NCBI RefSeq assembly: GCF_009914755.1
Contig: NC_060925.1
Reading direction: 5' to 3' (one strand)
Length of the DNA: 64,000 nucleotides
Source of the DNA: the human T2T-CHM13v2.0 reference genome, Homo sapiens
Positions 1-14,392 of the stretch are shown piece by piece; the stretch's first letter is position 1, and each line of letters starts with the position of its first letter. The notes under the pieces were generated by a model. It saw only the letters and a list, made by a program, of their open reading frames with translations. It had not been told where the DNA came from and made no database searches. The translations under genes were made by a program, and so were the position numbers.

Positions 1-39
1 AGGCGGCCTGGCCTGCAGCTTCTCTGCTTCTTTCCCCAG

Positions 40-156
40 GTCTGTCCCCAACACAGCCATGCCCAGAGGGGTCTGGTGATTGCAGAAAGCAGTGTGAGCC
101 CGACTACTACCTGGACGAGGCCGGCCGCTGCACGGCCTGCGTGAGCTGTTCTCGAG
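40..156 (+). CDS. TNFRSF8: TNFRSF8/CD30 exon 7 (cysteine-rich domain, GLSPTQPCPEGSGDCRKQCEPDYYLDEAGRCTACVSCSR)
   Basis: Acceptor ccccag|GT and donor G|gtaag; 117 nt; translation matches recognised CD30. Confidence 0.97.
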
Positions 157-534
157 GTAAGGGCCTCGTCCCTCCCCGGGCCTCAGTTTACCTCTCTGCA
201 TTTTTGAACCGTGAACTTCCAGTAACTACTCCCCCTTATGTTTGTGGGTTTTTGATGGGGGTCGCCTCTTTTCAGAGGGCTTCCATTGGCATATTATTTC
301 CTTCCAGGAAGCGTTTGTGAATCACCCACCTGTTCCAAACTCGGCTCATCAATGTTTGTAACTACTCTGTGATTCAAGCATTGTGATCATTCCCCTTTTA
401 CAGAGGAGGAAACGGAGGCTTTGGGAAGTCAGGGAACTTCCAAGGGCTGTGGGCTGGAGTTTGAACCCAGACAGGTGCCACCAGGTTCCAGGTTCTCGTC
501 CACTCCACTCGCTGCCCCTATGAGCCACTTATTC

Positions 535-837
535 TTTTTTTTTTTTTCCCAGACAGGGTCTCACTCCTTCACCCAAGCTGCAGTACGGTGGTGGGATCAT
601 AGCTCCCTGCAGCTGTGACCTCCCAGGATCACATGATCCTTTTGCCTCAGCCTTTCAAGTGGCTGGGACTATAGGTGCACACTACCATGCCTGGCTAATT
701 AAAAAAAATTTTTTTTCATACAGATGGGGGTCTCACTATGTTGCCCAGGCTGCTCTCGAACTCCTGGACTCAAATGGTCCTCCCACCTTGGCTTCCTAAA
801 TTGCTGGGATTATAGGCATGAGCCACCATGCCCGGCC
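535..837 (-). mobile_element. Alu (J-like)
   Basis: Poly-T followed by reverse Alu consensus. Confidence 0.88.
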
Positions 838-1454
838 TGCGAGCTGTTTTGACAAGCACTTACTGAGTGCACAGACACAGCACGATGCAGGTGTGGGGCT
901 TCCCTGTGCCCAGCCCATCACAACCTCCCAGCGCCAGCAGCACCCCGAGGGGCATGTGGGCAGGGGGTGTTGCTCAGGCCACAGGCTGCTGTGACTGTTA
1001 GAGGCCCTGGCTATTCACGGAGGCCACTGGGAATGTGTGTCTGTCTCCTTGTCCAGAGCTGCTTTTGGGCAGCAAAGCAGAGTGAAGGGTCAGGGGAGGC
1101 CAAAAAGAACCACAGACACTGTTTGTTGTCATTGGAGGTCTCTGTCCTAGTTACTAAGGCTGCATAGCAAATTTTCTTAAAACTTAATTGTGAAAACAAA
1201 TCATTCTTTGTACTCACAGATTCTGTGAGTCAGAATTCAGACAGGGCACTGCGGGGACAGCTTGTCTCTGCTCCACAATGTCTGAGGTCTTAGCTGGAAA
1301 GCCCAAAAGCTGCAGATCAGGAACTTCTGAAGCTTCATTCATTCACCTGCCTTGGGGTTGATGTTGGCTCCTGGCTGCAGCCTTGGTTCCCTTCCATGTC
1401 GGCCTCTTCGTGTCTTACCTGGGGCTTCCTCATGGTCTGGTGGTTAGGTTCTAA

Positions 1455-1616
<162 letters not shown>

Positions 1617-1625
1617 TAAAAGTCT

Positions 1626-1937
1626 TGAGAGAGAGAGACAGACAGAAAGAGAGAGTGAGAGAGAGACAGAAAGAGGGAGAGAAAGAGTGAGAGAGAGAAA
1701 GAGAGAGACAGAGAGAAAGAGACAGAATGAGAGGGAGAGAGACAGAGTGAGAGAGAGACAGAAAGAGGGAGAGAGAGAGACAGAAAGAGAAAGAGACGGA
1801 GTGAGCGAGAGAGAGAGAGACAGAAAGACAGAAAGAGAGACTGAGAGACAGAGAGAGACAGAGATAGAGTGTGACAGAGAGAAAGACAGAGAAAGAGAGA
1901 GAGAGAGACAGAAAGAGAGAGAGAGAGACAGACAGAG
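1626..1937 (+). repeat. (GA)n/(GACA)n purine-rich simple repeat, ~310 bp
   Basis: Seen directly. Confidence 0.95.
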
Positions 1938-2229
1938 GCAGCAGCCACCCCTCCTTTTATGACCTGGCCTTGGAAGTCACACAGAACTTCTACCACTTTC
2001 TGTTTGTTGAGGCAACCACAAATGTCACTTGAGACCAAGGGAAGGAAAACAGTTGTACTTCTTGACAGGTAGGTGGCAAAGGCTCTGGAAGGGCCAGAAC
2101 ATCACTGCAGCCATGTTTTGGGGAAATACAGTCTGCCACAACCACCATGTGGACATATGGAGAAAGAGGTGTTGGCTCTGGGCCCAGTAATTCCTTCAGC
2201 TCTCCTAACTGAAACCCCACGAGGCAGTG

Positions 2230-2480
2230 GAGTGGTGTATTAGTAGCTAAAGGCATGAGCTCTAGAACCCGAGTGCCGGGTTCAGATCCCGCCTCTCCCA
2301 CTTGATAGCCTATAACCTCAAGCAGGTTTCCTAACCTCTCTGTGCCTCAGTTTCCTCTGCTGCAAAATGGGCATAGTATTATCTATCTCAGAGAACCATG
2401 TGAGAATTGAATACATGATTGTAGGTTAATCTGGGTAGAGTGCTGAGACTACTGTCTCACACATACTCAGTTATCTTAAG
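2230..2480 (+). mobile_element. MIR
   Basis: Core cctctctgtgcctcagtttcc...aaaatggg. Confidence 0.75.
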
Positions 2481-2803
2481 AGCTATAATAATAATGATAA
2501 TAGCTGCCATTGTCCCAAATGGTTTCATTCATTGCTGAGCTCACACACACCCTTTGCACAAATTCCCCAAATCCTGCCCAGTTCCCTTGCTCTGGATGTT
2601 GTAAGAAGAGACTGTCCAGCCCTTATCATTATCATGCTGGGTCTCTAAGTATCCTGCTGATTGAGATCTACCCTCGCGGAGAGGTCCCATTTGCCTAATC
2701 TACTGATGCAGTCGTTCTGTATTTACCTCTAAGTGGAGCGTTGCAAAATATTCCCGAATACGTACAAATGCATTATTACACTTATTAAAAATAATACCTC
2801 TAA

Positions 2804-3151
<348 letters not shown>

Positions 3152-3721
3152 AAAAAATCTTTTTATTATTAAAAATTTCAAACATATTCAGATGTAGAGT
3201 GAGTCAGAGATGGCTGCGTACTATCACCCAGCTTTAAACGGTTATGGAGTCATGGCCAGTCTTGGCTCCTCTGCACCCATGCCCGCTCACCCCGTCCCCT
3301 GGAGGACTTTCTTTTAACAGCTTTAGGGAGAGATAGTGGGCATATGGTAAAGTGCATAGATTAAAGGATGCAATCTGATAAGTTTTAACAAATGCATGCA
3401 GCTGAGCAACCAGCCATCCCCCTCTAAAAGTTACCTCGGGTTGCTTGTCACCATTTCCCATCCCCTGCTTATGGTCACCATGCAATAGCTTGCATGTAAA
3501 TGCGACATACAGAATACCCTCGCTTTTTGCCTGCCTTCTTTCACCCTGCAGAATTATTTTGAGCATGCTGGGAGAGCTGCTCAACGGCATAGTCAGACGA
3601 GCATTTATTTTCTTGTTGGATGACCCTTGGACAACTGCTTCTCTGTCTTCCTGGGGGCTCTCTGGACCCCCTGCCCTTGCCATACTGATCTTTCTCCGTG
3701 ATCCTCATCTGTGTCCCTTAG

Positions 3722-3874
3722 ATGACCTTGTGGAGAAGACGCCATGTGCATGGAACTCCTCCCGCACCTGCGAATGTCGACCTGGCATGATCTGTGCCAC
3801 ATCAGCCACCAACTCCTGTGCCCGCTGTGTCCCCTACCCAATCTGTGCAGCAGAGACGGTCACCAAGCCCCAGG
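3722..3874 (+). CDS. TNFRSF8: TNFRSF8 exon 8 (DDLVEKTPCAWNSSRTCECRPGMIC...TKPQ)
   Basis: ccttag|AT ... G|gtaagc; 153 nt; lies inside ORF 3445-4041. Confidence 0.97.
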
Positions 3875-4111
3875 GTAAGCAGTTCCCACCCCAGGCCTCG
3901 ACCACAGGGTGGAGTCTGTGCCCCCACTGTTGTGCCTCTCCCCACCAACAGCCAGGGGTGGAGGCAAATGACCTACACCCTCGGCTGTTCATTAGGTCAG
4001 GTTTGGGTTCTGGTTATCCTTTGAGTAGTCAGACTCAGTGAATGGAATGATAAAATCCAGTTTTAGCATTTTGGCAAGAGATTCTGTTGATTAAAAAAAA
4101 ATTCTTCCTGA

Positions 4112-4480
<369 letters not shown>

Positions 4481-4663
4481 TGAATATCAAGTTTCTGAAG
4501 AGATTTCTAACAGGACGGTTGGCTTTACCAGTGTGCAGGAAACTAAAACCCTGACAGTTTTTTGTTGTTGTTGTTTTTTGTTTTTTAAGGGCTTTGAGAG
4601 ATTTTAACAAATCTCCAGGTGGTTTAAAACAGATGGAAGAGTGGTGACAAAACCAAGGGGAAT

Positions 4664-5027
<364 letters not shown>

Positions 5028-5224
5028 CTAGGACCCCCAGAGAGGCTCTGGGCTTGGAAGAGGCAGGCAGATGAAGAGCGGGAGGGAAGTTGAGAGGTGT
5101 GAGGTGTAGTGGCCTGGGACTACTAAATCTTCAAACACAACTTCAAAATGTATTACAATGGCATGGCATGGCCACTGACCAGTTTGCACAGATGATGCCT
5201 GAGTTTTTAATCCCCAGTATTGTC

Positions 5225-5585
<361 letters not shown>

Positions 5586-5834
5586 TAGTGGGGTGCTGTC
5601 ACTCTGTTTGTAAAGCCCTCTTTACTTGGGTATTTGGAAGTGCACCTGTCAACAGGCTAGCCACACCCCATCACCCTGAAATGGAGGCTGCCAGCTCACA
5701 CTCTCCGCCCATGGGCCCAGGGTTCCCTGGCCAACTTCCTACTCAGGGAAGAGACCCATTGTGAACAGGACATACTAACACAGCAGAAGAAACTGTCCCC
5801 GCTCAGTGACTGGAATATTCAGTAGAGTCCTTAG

Positions 5835-6230
5835 GATTTTATTTTGTTTGCATAAATGTATGGGGTACAAGTGTAATTTTATTACATGCTTAGATTGGGT
5901 GGTGAACTCAGGACGTTTAGGGTATCCCTCACCCAAATAGCATACATTGTACCCCTTAAATAATTTCTCATGGTCCACCTACCTATACCTCCCACCCCCT
6001 CACCCTTCTAAGTCTCTGTTGCCTTTTATTCCACTCTCCAGCTCCGTGTGGACACAGTATTTCACTCCCACTTAGAAGTGAGAACAGGCAGTATTTGTCT
6101 TTCTGTGTCTGAATGTCTGCACTTAAGAATATGGCCTTCAGTTCCATCCATGTTGCTGCGAAAGACTTGATTTCTTTCCTTATGATGGCTGAGTAGTATT
6201 CCATTGTGTATAGATGCCACATTTATCTAT
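5835..6230 (-). mobile_element. L1M(A) 3' end fragment
   Basis: L1 ORF2 C-terminus-like peptide MWHLYTMEYYSAI... on the minus strand. Confidence 0.8.
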
Positions 6231-6263
6231 TGGTGGATGCAGCATAACCCTCCCCCCCCACAC

Positions 6264-6556
6264 TTTTCTTTTTGAGACAAAGTCTCGCTCTGTTGCCCAG
6301 GCTGGAGTGCAGTGGTATGGTCTCGGCTCACGGCAACCTCTGCCTCCTGGGTTTGAGCTATTCTTAATGCCTCAGCCTCCCAAGTAGCTGGGATTACAGG
6401 CGTGCACCACCACACCCGGCTAATTTTTGTATTTTTAGTAGAGACGGGGTTTCACCACATTGGTCAGGCTGGTCTCGAACTCCTGACCCCAGGTGATCTG
6501 CCTGCCTCAGCCTCCCAAAGTGCTGGGATTACAGGCGTGAGCCACCGCACCCGGCC
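6264..6556 (-). mobile_element. AluS
   Basis: TSD agcataaccct. Confidence 0.92.
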
Positions 6557-6989
6557 AAGCATAACCCTTTTAAAATAAATATGAATGAGCAAAGATTTGT
6601 AAGAAAAACCAGCCCTACAAAGGAGAATAAAAAGATACGAAACCAGAAATTCTTACCACACATGAAGCTTTGATAAATCCAGGAATAGAAGAGTACTTAG
6701 CAACATTAAATTCGTGTCTGCAGAAAAATTCACGAAGTCGTTACATCCATAAGGTGGGCACAGAATGCTATGAAAAGGAACAATATGGGATCAGAGGGCA
6801 AGAAAAGGCTTTTTAGAAAGTGTGCTTGTGATCAGCCCATCATCTCTAGGTTCTCCATTCACCTTTCCATCCCTGCCCTGCCATCAACGATGGCTCCGCC
6901 TTTCTCCTCTGTAGGGAGCATGCAGTTAAGCCTTGCCAGCAGAGGGCGCTAGAGGGCCATCGCAGGAGGAAGGAGGCTTCTGGTTGCAT

Positions 6990-6993
6990 TTGT

Positions 6994-7025
<32 letters not shown>

Positions 7026-7309
7026 TTTGAGACAGAGTCTCACTCTGTCGCCCAGGCTGGAGTGCAGTGACGCGATCTTGGCCCACCACAACCTCCACCT
7101 CCCGGGTTCAAGCAGTTTTCCTGCCTCAGCCTCCTGAGTAGCTGGGATTACAGGCACGCGCCACCACGCCTGGCTAATTTTTGTATTTTTAGTAGAGACA
7201 GGGTTTCACCATGATGGTCAGGCTGGTCTCGAACTCCTGACCTGGTGATCCGCCTGCCTCGGCCTCGCAAAAGTGCTGGGATTACCGGCGTGAGCCACTG
7301 CGCCCGGCC
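6990..7309 (-). mobile_element. AluS
   Basis: Reverse Alu consensus. Confidence 0.92.
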
Positions 7310-7739
7310 ATTTGTTTCTTCTTGCTCCTGCTGCCTGGCCTGGTGACCACCTTGATGTGGCTCTCCCAATGCAGACATTGGCACGTGCCAGGCCTCATGT
7401 CTGCAAAAGTGTCCTGACTCCCTGATTCCCTCTGTGCATCCCCCACCAGCCACAGGTCTTTGGCACCCCAAAGTGCTCCAGGCGTCTCCCCCACAGTGGC
7501 AGCCTCAATTTCTCTGTGCACCTGACCAGAAGCATAGACTTCAGGTCAAAAGGACCTACCAAGAGCAAAGCAGGATTAATGGAAATTACCCACGCTACAT
7601 GTAATAGATGCACCACCATGATTTTATCTACCTGCCGGTTGATGGCATTTGGGTTGTTTCCAGTTTAGGGCTATTATGAATGAAAACAGCTGTGAATATT
7701 CTTTTTTTTTTTTTAACATGTATGAATTTATCTTATATC

Positions 7740-7912
7740 TTTTATTATTATTTTTATTATTTTTAGAGACAGGGTCTCACTCTGTGTTCCAGGCTGGAGT
7801 GCAGTGGCATGATCTTGGCTCACTGCAGCATTGAACTCCTGGGCTCGGGCGATCCTCCCACCTCAGCCTCCCACAGTGCTGAGATTACTGGCATGAGCCA
7901 CCATGACTGGCC
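7740..7912 (-). mobile_element. Monomeric/partial old Alu within an L1M remnant
   Basis: Partial Alu similarity. Confidence 0.7.
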
Positions 7913-9859
7913 GATTCTTGTACAAGTCTTTGGGTGGATGTATATTTTCATTTTTCATGGGTAAATACCTAGGAGGAGTGGCTAGGTCATTGTGCTGGTC
8001 ACATAGTCAGAATGTTTTTGAGGACTAGTCAAAGCTGGATACCTCTGGTCTGATACAACCCCTTCGTTTTACACCCAGAGAGAAGCACAGGGCCGAAGCT
8101 AGAACCAGAATGCAGGGATCCCAAGGGTCAGCCCAGAGTACTTCCACTGGAAGACACCACCCACCCACCTCCTTCTTAGTTCTGAACCTAGAATTTACCC
8201 AGCTAAATTACAATCACTTCAGCTAAATTACAATCAAGTTTGAAGGCAGCATAAAAACATTTTCAGACATAAAAGGTCCAGAAGGCTTTTCTTCCTATAT
8301 CCTCTCCTAGGAAGATATTTGAAGATGTAATTCAGCTAAGTGAGGGGGCAAAAAAGAAAAACAACAGGAAGCCATGGAATCTAGAGACCAGCACTCCATC
8401 CTAGCAGAGCAAGGAAGGGAAGTCCCAGAATGATGTGGTATAGACCAGTTGAGCCAGATCAGAGCAGGAAAATGGAAGGAAGGCTCCGAGGAAGTGTTCC
8501 CAGGAATAGAAGAGAGAATTGTAGTAAATTTCATGATTAGTAGAGTTGAAAAGCCTGAGGATATGGTGAGGGCACACTGTCCTTTTATCAACAAGAAAAA
8601 GAAAGGCAATTGAAAACTCCCGGGAAAAGAAAAAGATGACAAGAAATATACAGTCCAAATATGAAGATGAAATTTCACCTGATTTTAAGCGATTGCTGGA
8701 TGTACAAAAAGAGAATCTGTTTGGCCTTGATGCTGAGACAATTCTTTAAATGGCCCAAGGACTGGGTGTTTGGATTTAAAGAGAAGTATATCCATCTGGT
8801 AAATAATATTTTTTTTAGTTCTTAAATGGAGGCTGAGTAGGCAGGTTCTTTTCTTCTCTTCCAGTAGGCCATTACCAGAGAACACAGGCAGACTAACTAG
8901 GGGCTAGACAATGCCTTCTCCTCACCTTCAAATCCAAAGAGGAGGAAAAGGGGAGGATCACTGACTCAGGGAGGAAGAAGGAAAGTTACAAGTTAGGTAT
9001 AGTATATTCAGAGAGGGGATGAGAGGCACCCAAGGGATACTAGGTTCCCCCCTTCTGCACATACAGGAGGGACAGCAGATCTGTCGCTGGATTTCAGCAG
9101 GTGTTTCAGCAGCAGCTGAGACCATGGGCCTGTCTAGTTACATCAGGCTGCCTTGGAGAGCAGGCAGGGGGCTCTCTCCTCATGATGCTGACTGGGAATA
9201 GCCACAGTTAATGGGTTTGAGCATCAGAGCTCCAGTCCACTCAAAGTAAGTGTTCACTGAAACCCAATGACCTTTCAAACACTGATTCAAATACTGATTA
9301 ACGAGCATGTAGGAACCATCATAACACATCGCATCATCTTCCCCATAGTCTCCAGGCTCCAGCTAATTCAGGTAAGAGTCCAGTGACCTTCCCCAAAGAG
9401 GGGGGTTCCTCAGAACCCTACAATGCAAGAAATAAATTAATCCTGGCTTTACTTTTTTGTCTATTTGAGGAAAAATCTGAGAGGCGTCACGAACACTTTG
9501 TAGAGGGGAGATGTGGGTATGTGTGTGGGGTTGCTTTGTACCACATCAAAAAGGGGTGCCTCCACCAGGGCTCTGGGGGTGGAGAGGTGTAGTGACTGAG
9601 CATAACCCACTTCTAATGTGGGCCAAATTATCCTGCCCCAGAAAAGCAGGAAGCTTTGAAGAAGGTGCCCAGTCCCCAGGCAGGAGGCAGTGCCATCCAG
9701 AGGAGAGTGCTCTGGGCTGGAACTCGCCATCTCTGTTTCCTGGCTGTAGCTCCAGCCCTGCGGCTCTCTCCATCTGTAAAACAAGGTAGCTGGGTCAGAC
9801 CAGTGGTGGCCAGCTATGAACTGGCCTTCAGAGACATTCCGTCTGGCCAGCATAGCAAT

Positions 9860-10329
9860 CCAGCCACCCTTCCTAGGCACTCAAGAGGAATGAAATTATA
9901 CGTTCACACAGAGGCACGCACAAGAATACTCACAGCTGCCTTGTTCGTCATAGTTCAAACTGGAAACAACCCAAATGTCCATCAACTAGCGAACGGGTAT
10001 GTAAACAGTGGTTCATCTGTACAACAGAACGCCATTTGGCAACAGAAAGGAATGAAGCTGAATGAATATCAAAAACATTATGCAGAGTGGAAGAAGCCAG
10101 ACCCCAAAGAGTACATACTGCATGATTCTGTCGACATGAAATTCTGGAACAGATACACTCCTCTATAGTGACATAAAGCAGATCGGTGGTTGCCTGGATC
10201 TGGAGGTGGGGGCAGAGTGAGTGAGGAGGGGCACTAGGGAACCTTCTGGAGGGATGAGAATGTTCTGTATTTTGATTGGAGTTAGTTACCTTTGTCAGAA
10301 CTCATCAGGCTGTACACACTTAGGGACAT

Positions 10330-10330
<1 letters not shown>
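9860..10330 (+). mobile_element. Old L1M 3' fragment
   Basis: aaactggaaacaacccaaatgtccatc ... ggtggttgcc motifs. Confidence 0.75.
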
Positions 10331-10824
<494 letters not shown>

Positions 10825-10959
10825 TTAATAAAGTTGATTTAAAAGAAAAAAACTTTAAAAATTGAGGCTGTATTTAAACATTAGGCGATTTCAGTTTTCT
10901 CTTAAAAGCAAAAGGTCTAGCGTCACTGTTTCACCTTCCTGGGTGACCACAGCTGTTAG

Positions 10960-11276
<317 letters not shown>

Positions 11277-11429
11277 CTTTTCCACTTTGATCTTTTGAAA
11301 CACAAATCTGACTGTCTTAGCTCCCACGGTGTTTCCTCGCTGGAAGCCACCAGTCCCTGCTGGTTAACTCTTTCCTGGAGACACCAGCCTCCTTGGCGCT
11401 GGTTCTCAGATGTTACGTCCCCTCTGCAG

Positions 11430-11523
11430 ATATGGCTGAGAAGGACACCACCTTTGAGGCGCCACCCCTGGGGACCCAGCCGGACTGCAACCCCACCCCA
11501 GAGAATGGCGAGGCGCCTGCCAG
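11430..11523 (+). CDS. TNFRSF8: TNFRSF8 exon 9 (DMAEKDTTFEAPPLG...EAPAS)
   Basis: ctgcag|AT ... AG|gtgact; 94 nt; matches CD30 stalk. Confidence 0.96.
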
Positions 11524-11860
11524 GTGACTCCCCCACCCCTTCTCTCTGTTTGGCTGCTGCAGGAGGGAGCTGTCCCTGCCATGCCCAGGGGATGCCTGGG
11601 AGGCAGCTGGGCTGGGGGTGGAGGTGGGGCCTGGGCTGCTCTTTTGTTAAATGTGTGCCCATCTCTTTGCTGACACCATTGGAAAGCCAGAAGGCCTTGA
11701 AACCCAGTCCCTGCCCTCAAAATGCCTGGCAGAGACTCGGGGCAGAGGATCTAGGGGCCCAGGCTCTGGTTGCGCAGTCTCCAGAGAAAGGGAATTATTC
11801 CTGAAGACCCACTTCCCTCTTCCCATCTTCATCACTCCTGCCTTGGGCTTCTCCCCGCAG

Positions 11861-11973
11861 CACCAGCCCCACTCAGAGCTTGCTGGTGGACTCCCAGGCC
11901 AGTAAGACGCTGCCCATCCCAACCAGCGCTCCCGTCGCTCTCTCCTCCACGGGGAAGCCCGTTCTGGATGCAG
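11861..11973 (+). CDS. TNFRSF8: TNFRSF8 exon 10 (S/T/P-rich stalk, TSPTQSLLVDSQ...VLDA)
   Basis: ccgcag|CA ... G|gtaatg; 113 nt. Confidence 0.96.
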
Positions 11974-12121
11974 GTAATGGTCCCAGCCCACTCACCCCTA
12001 CTCCCAGCAGGGGCTTCCTCCTGGGGAAGTGTGGATTGGGGGAGCCAGGAGGGAGCTTCTCCTTTGTGGGTATGGTCTGAGAAGGGGGATTAAGGTTGAC
12101 CCCAGGTTTCTGGCTTCTTGA

Positions 12122-12470
<349 letters not shown>

Positions 12471-12653
12471 TAATTCTTGTAGGCAGGAATTTTTTTCACA
12501 GCTTCATCCTCGTGGCTTATAATTGCTACTCAGAAAATAGGTCTTTGTTGATTGATTTCATGACTTTGACTAGTTGTTCGAGCCTTTGAGCCTCAGTTGT
12601 CTCATCTATACAATGGTAATGGCAGAGACCGTGCAGGGTTATAAGCAGTGTAG

Positions 12654-13043
<390 letters not shown>

Positions 13044-13135
13044 CCCCAAGAGTTAGCTCTTAGGGAAAGATGCCAGGTTACTCATTTTAGGACTTGCAGT
13101 TCTAGTGGCTGACACGAGGTGGCAGTAGTGCTCCA

Positions 13136-13300
13136 GCCAGAGTTTCTGAAAGTGCGGTCCCGTCTGGCAGCATTGGCACCGGCTGGGAACTTGTTAGGAA
13201 AGCAAATTATGGGCCCCATCCCAGACCTAGAGAATCAGAAACTGCACTTTAACAAGATCTCCAGGGCACTCATGTGCACATTAACGTTTGAGAAGCACTT
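13136..13300. mobile_element. MER5A-like hAT MITE
   Basis: tttctgaaagtgcggtcc ... tttgagaagcact. Confidence 0.75.
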
Positions 13301-14106
13301 AACTGGCATATACTACTTTTTAAACATCTAAACATGGACTTCAATAAAGTGCAATCACTAGCTCTATGATCTCTGTAAGTGACAAAAGGGAAAAACGAAG
13401 CGAGTTTAGTACCGAGGTGTGAAGAAGTAGATCCAGATAGGGGTTAAGAGCGTGGCCCTGCAGTCCCCCCGGCCTGGCCTGGCCTGGGCTGGGGCTCTGC
13501 CACTTACTCTCAGGGTGACCTTGGGCAACTTAACGAACTTTCGTGAGCCTCAGCTCCCCTCATTTTTAAACTGAAGGTAGTGACGGTGCCTAGGGCATAG
13601 GGTTGGGGATCATTCATTCAGGGAACGCTTGTGGGGTGTGTTTATGTGCAGTGGGGACTCCATGCCTGCCCTCATCAAGCAGGTCTAGAGGGTTGGCCGG
13701 GAGGGGACTGGGTTCAACCTCTTCCTTCCCCTCACTGCTTGGCCCTCCCCACCCTGACTCCGGCCACACCAGCAGTGCTGCCAGATGCCGGTCACACCGG
13801 GCCCTCGTCCACAGTCCCCAAATTTTGGTCTATTGGACCTCAATTCCTTTGTTCTGGCTCCTAGACGCCTCAATTTCTCACTCTCTAGACACAGTTTGCC
13901 CTTCTCTCAGCCTTCAATAGTTGATCAGCTTCCTGGAGCCAGGCGAGGGAGGGCTGGATGAGATAAGAGCCTTGGCTTGGAAAGGACCTGTTGTTGTTAG
14001 CCATGATGGAAGCTGTGTCCCAGGAGAAGGAGGAAGTCGTCTGGGGCTGGGGCTGTCTTGTGTGGTTGCAGCAAGGCAAAGAGTGTGGGGCGTCTCTGTG
14101 TTCCAG

Positions 14107-14208
14107 GGCCAGTGCTCTTCTGGGTGATCCTGGTGTTGGTTGTGGTGGTCGGCTCCAGCGCCTTCCTCCTGTGCCACCGGAGGGCCTGCAGGAAGCGAAT
14201 TCGGCAGA
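14107..14208 (+). CDS. TNFRSF8: TNFRSF8 exon 11 (transmembrane helix PVLFWVILVLVVVVGSSAFLLC and basic stop-transfer)
   Basis: ttccag|GG ... A|gtaagt; 102 nt. Confidence 0.97.
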
Positions 14209-14338
14209 GTAAGTGGCTGTGTCCTTGGGGCCTTGGGGAGGACAGGTTGCTCTCTGCCAGCCTGGCCTGGGTTCTTTCCCTGCCTGCTCCTGCTCTCTGA
14301 GGCCGCCACCCCCAGCCTTCCTCCTGGTGTCGTTTCAG

Positions 14339-14392
14339 AGCTCCACCTGTGCTACCCGGTCCAGACCTCCCAGCCCAAGCTAGAGCTTGTGG
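14339..14392 (+). CDS. TNFRSF8: TNFRSF8 exon 12 (KLHLCYPVQTSQPKLELV)
   Basis: tttcag|AG ... G|gtgagt; 54 nt. Confidence 0.96.

Noticed and set aside
3445-4041. 198-aa ORF
   Set aside because: Exon 8 with chance open intronic flanks
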